Below are positions 23,376-35,642 of a stretch of 64,000 nt of DNA, piece by piece. The notes beneath the pieces were generated by a model. The model was not told the origin of the DNA, did no database searches, and saw only the letters and a program-made list of their open reading frames with translations. The DNA is from the human T2T-CHM13v2.0 reference genome, Homo sapiens: NCBI RefSeq assembly GCF_009914755.1, contig NC_060928.1. One strand, given 5' to 3'. Every line of letters begins with the position of its first letter. Positions within the stretch are counted from its first letter, which is position 1. A program made the position numbers and the translations under genes.

Positions 23376-24700
23376 AAGGGCAGGGTAGTAACAGTGGAAG
23401 ATTTTAATTATCTTGCCATAGCACAGGATTACATCAAGTGGAGGAAGTGAGGCTGGATCTGGTGCAAAGCTGATTTCTAATTTAATGTGTACATCACCCG
23501 AAAAGGGAGGAAAGAATGCTAGGTTTAGAATTAAATAATATTTAGGGTTCAAAGGAGAGTATAGGAAGCCGTGATTAAATCTCATTAAGCATATGATTTA
23601 ATCCCAAATAGAAGCTAGAGGTGTTTAGAGACAAGAAGGAAGTGTAGGAAGACAAAATAAAATACAGCATATAATCATTAATTCAGAAAAAGACAAGCCA
23701 CTGAATTAAGTTCAGGGTAAATAGCAGGGAAGTGGTTTTTATAAACACGGTATCACCCAAAACACCATTCCCACTAATAAGTGATAAATTTGTTTAGCAT
23801 TTTACAAGACCAAAGTAGAAAAGTAAAGCTTCTAGAAAGATGTAGCACAGAAAAGCCTCCCCCTTCCTTTATCAGGATCCACAATTTTTAAAGGAATAGA
23901 AAATCAAATCCTCAATGCTTGAAAGGGAACTCTAAAAAGGACCCAGGGGAGAAAAAGAGGTACCGAAATTACCAAATTGGAGGGCAAACTTCTTTTATAC
24001 TGTAAAAGCATACAACCTAGCCAGGCATCCATAGGGCCATTAAGCGGATGAGTGGGAAGGCAGGGACGGATGAGGCTGCAGTAGTCGAAAGCCTGAATGA
24101 ATTCTCTGCCTGCGTATTTTCCAATGAAGCTGAAGGTCACGTCCCGGAAACTGGATACATTTTCTTGAGGGGAAAAGTGGAATGTTAAAAGGATTTTATG
24201 ATCACACAAGAGTAGATAGTTGAGCAATTAGAACTATTAAAAGTTGACAGGGCACAAGACCCAGATTAAGTACGTCATAGAAATCTTAAAGAAGTCGAAA
24301 GGAAACAGGAAATGCCTTCAGCAGCATTTCTTGATAGCTTGTTCAGAAGGAGACTGAAGAATCAGGGCTGGTAGCTGTTCTAGGACTAGTTGTTTAAAAG
24401 AAATCTTTGGGATCTTTAGAAATCTAGCCAGCAATAATCTGAGTCATGGTTGAAAAGCAGATAGTGCTGACCATCAGACCATCATTTTGCTTTTATAGAA
24501 ATACAGAATTTGGTGAACAGTTAACATAAGCTTGATAATTCAAAAATAATTGACATTTTCACAGAAATAGAGCATTTTTGAGCTATTCTGCACAGGTGAA
24601 AATGGAGTTCACTTACTGCTTCTAAATTTCTTACGTTATATATTAGAGACAGTGCCTCTAGAATTTGTCTGCATTAAGTGAAATAGTGGAAGAGTAAACA
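23376..24700 (+). mobile_element. Ancient CR1-clade LINE ORF2 relic (APE endonuclease C-terminal part, linker, N-terminal RT); stop codons and frameshifts
   Basis: Manual translation gives motifs in CR1 order: KGRVVTVEDFNYLAI (23376; cf. VVIMGDFNYPDI), MLGLELNN..ESIGSRD* (23516-23578; cf. LDLVLTN..LGxSDH), YCKS..SIGPL (23998-24042), ESLNEFSACVFSNE..LKVDRAQDPD*VRHRNLKE (from 24087; cf. EVLNEFFASVFT..LKxxKSPGPDGIHPRVLKE), NS*H (24516; cf. SQHGF), LNF..ETVP (24622-24657; cf. LDF..FDTVPH). Confidence 0.75.
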
Positions 24701-25199
24701 AAAATAAAACGAAACTGCCCCTAAATGCAAGGGAATGTGTACTGTGAAATGGAAAGGAAAGATTTTTGGAAATTATTGTCCTGATGATTACTTTTATTAT
24801 CACTGCCATCATCAAGCTGCAATTATGAAACACATACTGCATCCAACATGCTAGCAAGACAGAAGGCTGTTAGAGGAGTCACTCTCTCCTGTCTCAAGGT
24901 CTGGATTTCACACTGATTCAGCTCAGGCCTTTTCATCACTGTCTTACCAACTATCATGTCAGAACATCATTTTTAAAAACAAAAATTAAAAACACTCCAC
25001 TTTCTGAGGATGCGCTTAGAATAAGCAACTGCTCCTTCCACCAACCTCTAGCTACATTTCTATGAACAAATAAAAACAATGTAAATAGTCACAAGATTGT
25101 GGAGTTAAAATCTAAGGGACAAACATTATTACTTAATGTTTTTTAACCACTTAGAAACTACAGTTTCTTTTCCTTTTGCCATTCCTCCCTCTCTATCTC

Positions 25200-25515
25200 C
25201 CTTCCTTCTTTGCTTCTTACAAATGTCTATTGAATTTCCTAGACAAAACTGTAAGATTTAACAATAAAAATATGCAAACACGTTATTACTGCCCTGAAGT
25301 AATCCCCAATCTAATGGCAATGACAACAATGTGATTGAGGCTAAAATAGTGTAAAGCCCAGGGTGTCCAGAACTACTGAAGGAAGTATATAACACAGCCA
25401 TGGTCAAGTCAAGGAGTGAATGGGGCATAGAAGAAAACAGATGTTAACCAAGTGAAGAAGTGAGGACAGGTATTTCAAATAAAAGGAGTATACTTACCAG
25501 AGTTTAGAGGTGGAA
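25200..25515 (-). mobile_element. L2 fragment
   Basis: ACAAATGTCTATTGAAT..ACTGCCCTGAAG..AATCTAATGG..AATGTGATTGAGGCTAAAATAG. Confidence 0.55.
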
Positions 25516-27084
25516 CAATGAAGTAAACTTCAAAATGACTTGACCAGATTATTTCTCTAATTTTTAATTTTTATACTCTTTTCTGCCAAACCCTACCACA
25601 CTAACTGAACTGCATTTTCTTATATTTTCTTAAAAACAAAAGAGCAAAAGCAGGAAACGAAACACAGTGAATAAAAGCTGGGTGATTTAGAAAAAGGATA
25701 TACTAAGAGTGTTCGTAAATTTCAGAAATATATGCATTTTTGTTTATGTTTTCAATTAATGACCCGGGGTGGGGGGAGTCATATAATGCAAAAGTGAAAT
25801 TTCTGTTGCTTACAAAAAAAATAAGATAAAATAAATAAGGGTAGTGAAGAAAGGTGGCAACACTACATGACTGAATATATTAGGTTCTGTGGACCTGGAA
25901 AGAACATGTGTAGCTCATGCAGGAAAGTGGGAAATCATATTGCTAGGGCTAGCCATAATCATATTTCATAAAGATCACAGTATATAATATGAACCAGAGT
26001 ACAAGCATAGAGATAATTATATGAAGCTCATCATGAAAATAATACTGTCTAATCTTTTTCTTATCAAGCCATGTCATTAGAAACCAGTGAAATTATTCTT
26101 GCAGATGTTCTAAAAATCACTCGAATCACCTCTATTTCTAAAGCTGTATTGCAACTCAAGACTTGAATGTGCATCCAATGTTCCTCTTCCTATGCCTACT
26201 GCAGAGTCCTAGCTGGGAAGCTGGTTCTGCTGGCTTTCACTTTCTTCTTTACTTACCTTCTTCACCTGAATCCACGAGTCACTGTACTAACTCATGTTCC
26301 TCAGTCTCAGTGAACATCACCAAGCAGTACTCCCAGAAAATGGAAAACGCATCTTTAGTATCCCCAGCTATTTTTTTTTAACCTCCTCCACATTTTTGCT
26401 TAATATTTCTCTATTTTCCCTGCTACAGTGCATCAAACTCTGATATTTGGGGGAAATACCTCTAATAATAATTTATGCATAGTATGTGGTGTGGCAAATT
26501 TACCTGAGTTATTTGCTATTATGCTGTCACTAATTATAGGAGAAAAATCTTTAGTCCTCAGAGAGAGGAATTTTAGAAACACTGGGGCAGAGGAGACAGA
26601 TCTGCCTAAAGAAAAGGTGCGAACAAGGAAGGGGATGCTATGAAGTCTATAGGGACTCTGTAATATATTAGAAATACTGAACATCTGGTACCTGATTGGC
26701 CACAATGCTGGAGTACAGACTGCGGCACGCTGGCCACTGTTTACATTTTAGTTGCTGGATCACAGGATGTCCACAGTTGTAAATAATAATACATAAAAGT
26801 GACATTTCATCTACCTGATTCTGCAAGTAGGCTCTCTACTGAAAGGAAAAGTTCTTTTTGTATCCCACCTATAATTATTTCTATACTTAACCTATGTAAT
26901 TGCACAGCCAGAAGTTGGTTATACCAAAATACTAAATTTTATTAAATGATATTTATTGAATGATTCATTGATTGACCATTTGCAAGTAAAATAAGATCTA
27001 AGTGTTGCTTACATTCTCAGAGGCAATAGAAGAATATAGTTATCAATTGAGCAATACATATATGTAATTAGTAACAGAGCTGAT

Positions 27085-27290
27085 TTCAGCAAATTAGAGT
27101 TCTGGGCCAAGAACTGCCTTTGACTTGCTATCTGACCTTTGGCAAATCAATTAAGATTCATGTCTATCGGCTTTCCACACCTCTAAAAATAGAAATAAGA
27201 ATTTCTTCTTCTCCAACAATTGCTCAAATGTAAGAGATAAACATTAAAAATAACTTCGAGATAAGTACTATATAAATAGTATTACTTTAA
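27085..27290 (+). mobile_element. MIR fragment
   Basis: TCTGACCTTTGGCAAATCAATTAA..CTTTCCACACCTCTAAAAATAG..AAGTACTATATAAAT. Confidence 0.55.
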
Positions 27291-27357
27291 ATCAGTGATA
27301 CATATACGAGAGCCCTATAAACTCTTGTGAGACACATGAAAATTTCTGGAAACAATA

Positions 27358-27667
27358 CGGTAGTCTCTCCTTATCCACAGTTTCACTTTCTATAGTTTCA
27401 GTTACTTGTGGTCAACCTTGGTCTGAAAACATTACGAGATATTTTGAGAGAGACGCTATTCACATAACTTTGATTGCACTATGTTGTTATAATTGTTCTA
27501 GTTTATTATTAATTATTGTTAATCTCTTAATGTGCCTAATTTATAAATTAGTTTATCATAGGTATGTATGTATAGGAAAAACATACGGTTAGATATTATC
27601 CTCAGTTTCAGGGATCACCTGGGGGGTCTTGAAACATGTCCCCTGCAGATGGGGTAGCGCACTACTG
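27358..27667. mobile_element. MER44A (Tigger-family non-autonomous DNA transposon)
   Basis: CGGTAGTCTCTCCTTATCCACAGTTTCACTTTC..CAGTTACTTGTGGTCAACC..ACTACTG; TA TSDs at 27356-27357 and 27668-27669. Confidence 0.85.
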
Positions 27668-28887
27668 TACTCTAATAAATTAATTAAAAAGAGTCTTTCT
27701 TGGAATGAATGAAGTCTAAATCCAAACTACTAAAGTGAAAATATTTGAGATATTGATACAAATTTTGGCATGGTTTCTAAAATAAAAGATCCTAGTATGA
27801 GAGAAAAGTTGTCACTTATTGTCAACATCTCTGTTATCTCTCCCTTGTTTGCAACCCTGGCTGTCACTGCTGCTGCTAAGGCCAAATCCAGAGTGATGCC
27901 TCACTATATGTATACTGGTTTCTTCAAAATATAGTTTTCAAAACATAGTTTTTCATCAAGCATATAATCGTTCCGCGATCTCTTTCCAATTTCATGTACA
28001 CTTTCTTTCTACATAGAGATACTGGATATTTAACTATAGTTTTGTCAAGCAACAATAATTTATTTTTAGAAATTGAACAATATTTATATATCACATAAAG
28101 GAAGTGATTTGTTCAAAGGTTAAATCTAGGTAAATAAAAAATTATTTATATATATTTCAAAACTATTTTTTCAAATTTTCAAAATTGTTTTCAAAACGGT
28201 ATTTTAAAAAATATATAAATTGTTCATAATTTTTAGCATCTGGCTATAGATAGATAGTCTATCTTCAACTTATAGTTCCAAATGTCAATTGTTATGAAAA
28301 CTCTGAGACTGAGGAAAAATAAGCTCCAATTTCTAGTAGAAAAATAAATCAGCAATTTTTTTTTTTAAATTGCTAGGAATAGTCTAGAAGAGATGAAAAA
28401 AATGGTCTGGAGTTGATTTTAAGCCTTTTAATGTGAGTGAAAATTGATTTTAGGTCCATTCACACACACACACACATAAAGATTTGTGTTGTGTGTTATA
28501 CTATGTTAAACCTGATTTTAATTTGTATGTGATATTGTTGTTAGAACAGCTTTGGAATTAAATATACACCGCTGATGTAGTATAGTTAAATCTGTATAGA
28601 ATATATAGTGAACTGTATTTAGATTTAACATCTATGAGTACTTTGAGCAAGACTCCATAGGACTCACTTTGTAAACTCTAAATCTAAAGTTACATCACAT
28701 TTTTCAGACTACGTAACATTTTTGTCTTTTTAGATGTCTGAAGTATTTAAAAATATAACTTCACATGAGAAGTTTAATTTTCACATATGTCCAGTCTCAG
28801 AAAGACCCCAGATTAATAAAGGAAGGTTAAGGAGGGGTCTAAGAGGTAATGTTTTAGTCCCTTCAGCTGCTATAACAAAATACCATA

Positions 28888-29086
28888 TGGGAGGCCCAGG
28901 CAGGAGTATTGCTTGAAACTAAGAGTTTGAGATCAGCCTGGGCAACATAAGGAGATCCTGTCTCTACAAAAATAAAAAATTAAAACAATTAGCCAGGTGT
29001 GTTGGTGCATGCCTGTAGTCCTAGTTATTCAGGAGGCTGAGGTAGGAGGATTGCTTGAGCCCTGGAGTTTAAGGTTACGGTGAGCT
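28888..29086 (+). mobile_element. AluJ fragment truncated at both ends
   Basis: GGGAGGCCCAGGCAGGAGTATTGCTTGA..CAGCCTGGGCAACATA..GGAGGATTGCTTGAGCCC (AluJ diagnostics); lacks the 5' ~40 nt and the 3' tail. Confidence 0.85.
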
Positions 29087-29719
29087 TAACCCATTAATTT
29101 TGCAGATAAAAATGCTGAAGTTCAAAGAGACTTAATTAAATTAATAAATTACCCTTGGTCACTCATTTAGTCCCTAACAGTCAGTATTATGACAAAGTTT
29201 TCTGATGTTGTGACCATTTAAGGTCATAGTTTATACAAAACAGCCACATAGTGTTTACTTCTTTTTCTGAAATTCTTTGCTTTGCATCATTTGAAATTGT
29301 AAAGGTAACTTTAATTTTAAAGGACGTGATTTATCCCTTTAAAACTTAAAAATATCTTTTTTAATAAATGTGGCTTCCTTTAAAGCAATTTAAGGCACTC
29401 ATGGTTGTAAAAATATATATTATATATAAAGCTATGTCTGTAAAAAGGTTTTGATCTTGTGTTCTCATTCCATTTTGTTGATTTGTTGAATTTTCAGGGG
29501 CACTTTAAAGATTTTATGCCTTAGCATGCCTGTGCGTAAATTCATGTCTGACAATTATACATATAAATGGTTCCAAAATATCTTAGTGTTACACATAGCC
29601 ATACATATACCATTATAACGGTATATTTAGCTTGTTAAGAAATGATATTGATTATGATAATGTATTTTAGTTTATGTTTTATATGAGCAGTAATTTAAAA
29701 AGTTTATCACATTTAGGAA

Positions 29720-29900
29720 GCAATGGGGCATAGTGGGAGGGAAGAGCTTTGGAGTCTTAAACACGTGGGGAATCAATCCCCCATCAGCATCTGACTGACA
29801 ATCAAATTGTTCAGCCTTTCTGAGACTCAGTTTCCTTATCCGAAAGTTGAATTTAAACCTACCTAGAGGTATTAGAAATCTTATGTAAAGCACCCATATT
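29720..29900 (+). mobile_element. MIR
   Basis: GGCATAGTGG..GAGCTTTGGAGTC..TCTGAGACTCAGTTTCCTTATC..ATGTAAAGCACC. Confidence 0.75.
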
Positions 29901-30098
29901 ATTGAAGGTCACAAAAGACATTTGTAATAAAGCTTATTTTTTAATACAAAGCTAATTTTTAAATTTTAAAATATTTAACTGACAAATGAAAATTGTATAT
30001 ATTCAAGGGGTATAACATTATGATTTTATATAGATATATATTGTGTCATGATTACCACAGTCAAATTAACACATCCATCACCGCCCATCATTACTTGG

Positions 30099-30470
30099 TG
30101 ATATGGTTTGGCTCTGTGTCCCCACTCAAATCCCATCTCGCATGGTAATCCTCACATGTTGAGAGAGGGACGTGTAATCCCCATGTGTCGAGGGAGGTAG
30201 GTGCAGTTTCCCCCATGCTGTTCTCATGACAGTGAGTGAGTCTCATGAGATCTGACGGGTTTATAAGTGTTTGACAGTTCCTGCTTCACACACTCACACT
30301 CTCTTCTGCCACCTTGTGAAGACAGTGCCTGCTTCCCCTTCTGCCATGATTGCAAGTTTCCTGAGGCCTCCCCAGCCATGCAGAACTGTGAATCAATTAA
30401 ACCTCCTTTGTTTCTACATTACCCACTCTTGGGTACTATCTTTATAGCAGTGTGAAAACAGACTAATACA
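30099..30470 (+). mobile_element. THE1D solo LTR (MaLR)
   Basis: TGATATGGTTTGGCTCTGTGTCCCCAC ... GAAAACAGACTAATACA; duplicated GTAATCC..ATGT..GAG.GAGG segment; TSD CTTGG/TTTGG. Confidence 0.85.
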
Positions 30471-30474
30471 TTTG

Positions 30475-30475
30475 G

Positions 30476-30524
<49 letters not shown>
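30475..30524. repeat. (TG)n microsatellite
   Basis: TG run with one interruption. Confidence 0.95.
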
Positions 30525-30526
<2 letters not shown>

Positions 30527-31272
30527 TAAGGATACTTAAAATCTGCTCTTTTCTAAAATTTGAAGTAAACATATTACAATATTATTAACTCTAGTTACCA
30601 TATGGTACATTAGATCCCCAGAACTTACACGTCTTATAACTGAAAGGTTGTAGTATTTGACTAACATCTCCCCATTACCCACTTCCACACACCCAGATGC
30701 TGGAAACCAACACTTTACTGTTTCTATGAGTTTGACTTTTTTAGATTCTACGTATGAATGACATCATACAGTGTTTTTCTTTCTGTGTGTAGATTATTTA
30801 ACTTAGGATAGTGTCCTACAGGTTCATCAGTGCTATTGCAAATGGCAAGATTTCCTTATTTTTATGATTGAATAATATTTCAAGGTATGTATATACCACA
30901 TTTTCTTTACACATTCAACCACTGATAGACACTTAGGTTGTTTCTATATCTTGGCTACTGTGAATAGTGCTGCAATAAATATGGGGGTGAAGATAATTTT
31001 CCAGATACCAATTTCATTTCCTATGGTTGTACAGTGTACACAGAAGTGGGATTGATGAATCATACTATAGTTCTATGTTGATTTTTTTTGAGGAAACTCC
31101 ATACTGTTTTACATAATGTCTATACCAATTCACATTCCCATCAACAGTACACTAGAATTTTCTCTACATCCTCACCAACACTGATCTCTTATCTTTTTTA
31201 TAATAGTCATCCTAACAGATATGAGATATCTCGTTGTTTCAATGTGCATGTCCTGATGATTAGTGATCTTGA

Positions 31273-31658
<386 letters not shown>

Positions 31659-32880
31659 CCTTTGCCAATTTTTAAGTTGGATTATTATTATTTTTTGCTA
31701 CTGAGTTGTGTAGTTCTTTAAATATTTTGGATATTAACCTTTACCCCATATACAGCTTGTAAATATTTTCTTCCATTCCATAAGCTGTCTCTTTGTTGAT
31801 TGATTCCTTTGCTGTGCAGTAGCTTTTTAGTTTGATGTAATCGCATTTGTCTCTTTTTGCTTTTCTTGCCATGGTTTGGGGATTATAGCAAAAAAAAAAT
31901 TGTCAAAACTAATGTCAAAATGCTTTTACTCTATGTCTTCTTTTAGAATTTTTATGATTTCAGATTTTACACTTAATCATTTAATTCATTTTGAGTGAAT
32001 TTTTCTATATGGTATAAGACAAACATTTTATTCTTTTTCATATTCAGTTGCAATGAATATTCAGTTTTCCCAGCACCATTTATTGAAGAGACAATCACTT
32101 CCCCATTGTGTATTCTTGGCACTCTTGTCAAAGATTAGTTGACTATATATACATAGGCTTATTTATGGGATCTCTTTTCTGTTCCATTGGTCTATGTGTC
32201 AGTTTTTATGCCATTACTATACTGTTTTGATTACTATTGTTGTAACATATAATTTAATATCAAGGAGTGTGATACCTTAAGTGTTGTTATTTTTTTTCAA
32301 GATTGCTTTGGCTATTTGGGATCTTTTGTGATGTTATATACATTTTAGAATTTTTTTTGTATTTATATCAAAATTTTGATAGGAATTGAACTTCATCAGT
32401 AGATCGCTTTTGGCAGCATGGACTTTTTAACAATAGTAATTATTTTAGTGCATGAACACAGATTTCTTTCCATTTGTTTATATCTTCTTCTTCAATTGTT
32501 TCATCAATACTCTATAAATTTTAGTGTACAGATCTTTAACATCCTTGGTTAGCTTACTTCCTAAGCAATTTATTCTTTCGATGCTATTATAAACATGATG
32601 GTTTTCTTAACTTCTTTTTTGGATAGTTCATTGTTATTATGTAGAAACACTGCAGATTTTTGTATCTTGATTTCAGATCCTGTAACGTTACTGGATTTGT
32701 TCATTAGTTCTAATCATTTCATTCCTTAGGGCTTTCTGCATACAAGATTATGTCATCTGCAAACAGAAATAATTTAACCTCTTCCTTTCCTATTTGATAC
32801 CTTTTATTTTTTCTCTTATCTAATTGTCCTGGCTAGGACTTCCAGTACTATGTTGAGCAGAAATGTCAATAGTTGGTACT

Positions 32881-33168
32881 CTTTTCCTTCCTTCCTTCCT
32901 TCCCTTTGTTTCTCTTTCTCTCTTTCTTTCTTTTCCTTCCTTCCTCCCTCCCTCCCTCCTTTTCTTTCTCTTTCTTTCTTTTCTTTTTTCTCTTCTTTTT
33001 CTTTATTTCTTCCTTTCTTTCTTTTCTTTCTTTCTTTTCTTTCTTCTTTTGTCTTTTTCTTTTCTTTTCTTTCTTCTCTCCTCTCCTCTCCTCTCCTTTC
33101 CTTTCCTTCCTCCTCTCCTCTCCTCTCCTCTCCTCCTTTCCTTTTCTTTTCTATTCTTTTCTCTTCTT
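32881..33168. repeat. ~290-bp polypyrimidine compound repeat (CCTT/CTTT/CTCCT), expanded tail of the adjacent AluJ
   Basis: Almost exclusively C/T on the top strand, directly abutting the Alu at 33171. Confidence 0.92.
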
Positions 33169-33170
33169 AT

Positions 33171-33454
33171 AGGCAGGGTCTCACTCTGTCACCCAGGCTG
33201 GAGTGCAGTGGCAAAATCATAGCTCACTGCAACCTTAACTCCTGGGCTCATGTGATATTCCTACCTCAGCCTTCCAAGTATATGAGACTATGGGCATTTG
33301 CCACCACACCCAGATAATTTTTAATATTTTTTTTTGTAGAGATATTGTCTCACTATGTTGCCCAGCCTGGGCTCAAACTCCTGGCCTCAAGCAATCCTTC
33401 TGCCTTGAGTTCCCAAATTGCTGGGATTACAGCCATGAGCCAATGTGCACAGCC
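33171..33454 (-). mobile_element. AluJ
   Basis: CAGGGTCTCACTCTGTCACCCAGGCTGGAGTGCAGTGG..ATCATAGCTCACTGC..AACTCCTGGGCTCA..TCTCACTATGTTGCCCAG. Confidence 0.92.
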
Positions 33455-35049
33455 AAAAAATTATACTCTCATCTTTTTCCTGATCTTAGAGGAAAAGCTT
33501 TCAACTATTCACTCTTGAGTATTTTAGATGTGGGCTTGTGTTATAGGGCCTTTACTGTGTTGAGATACATTCCCTCTATACCTAATTTGTTGAGAAGCTT
33601 CTTTTTAATCTTGAAAGGATATTGAACTTTGTTGAACATTTTATCTTTTACTGAGATAATCATATGGTTTTGGCCTTTCGTTCTGTTAATGTGGAGAATG
33701 ACATTTTTGGATTTCCATATGTTGAACCATGCTTACATCCCAGGAATAAATCCCACTTGATTATGGGGTATATACTCCTTTTAATGTGGCACTGGATTAG
33801 ATTTGCTAGTATTTTGTTGAGGATTGTTGCATCAATGTTCATCAGGGATATTGGTCTCTAATTTTTTTTCTTGCGGTGTCCTTATCTGTCTTTGGTGTAA
33901 GGATAATGCTGGTCCCATGAAAGGAGTTTGAAGGTGTTACCTCCACTTCAAATTTTTGGAAGAGTTTGAAAAGGATTGACATTAATTCTTCTTTAAATTT
34001 TTAGTATAATTCACTCATGAATTATACTTCTGGTCCTGAGCTTTTCATTGATGAAAGACTTTTTATTATTGATTTGACTTCCTGACTTGTTACTGGTCTT
34101 TTCTTATTTTCTATGTCATTGTGATTCAGCCTACGTAAATTGTATGTTTCTAGGAATTTGTATCTTTTTTCTAGGTTATCCACTTTTTCAGCATAGAATT
34201 CTTCATAGTAATCTCATGATCATTTGTATTTCTTTGGTATCAATTGTAATGTCTTCTTTAGTTTACAATTTTATTTATTTGAGTTCCCTCTCTATTTTTG
34301 TTAGTCTAGCTAAAGGTTTGTCCATTTTGATAACTTTTTCAAAAAAATGAACTCTTCAATTTATTGATCTTTCTACTGCCTTTCTATTCTCTGTAAAATT
34401 TATTACTACTGAGATTTTTTATTTTCTTCCTTCTGCTGACTTTGGGCTTAGTTTGTTCTTTTTCTAATTCCTTCAAGTGTGAAGTTAGATTATTTGAGAT
34501 CTTTCACTTTTTTGTTGTTTTTTTTGTGTGTGTCCAGTTTGATCATTTAAGTTGTAATTTTTTTACATTTCAATATTTTGGGGGGAACAGGTGGTGTTTG
34601 GTAAGATCTACCTTTTTCTTAATGGAAGCATTTATCACTATAAACTTACTCTTCAGAACTATTTTTTTGCTGCATCCCATAAGTTTTGGTATGTTGCATT
34701 TTCATTTTCATTTGCCTCAATATACTTTTAAATTTTCCTTTTGATATCTTCTTTGACTCATTCATTTTTCACGAGTGTGTTTTTACCTTTCCACCTATTT
34801 GCAAATTTTCCAAAATTCCTCCTGGTATTGATTGCTAGTTTTATACCACTGTTTTCAGAAAAGATACTCGATATGATTTTTGTCTTATTAAATATGTTAA
34901 GACTTGTGGCATGATATATGATCTATCCTGGAGAATGTTCTGTGTGCACTTGAGAAGAATGTGTATTCTGCTGCTGTTGGATGGAATGTTCTTTGTGTGT
35001 CTGTTAGGTCAATTTGGTTTGTAGTATTAGTTAAGATTACTGCTTCTTT

Positions 35050-35642
<593 letters not shown>

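Noticed and set aside
23376-24700. CR1 relic as an intact domesticated protein-coding gene
   Set aside because: Multiple in-frame stops and frameshifts, and catalytic motifs are altered (GDFN to EDFN, SDH to RD*).
32850-33317. F/S/L-rich ORFs that resemble membrane proteins
   Set aside because: Translation of the polypyrimidine tract plus antisense Alu.
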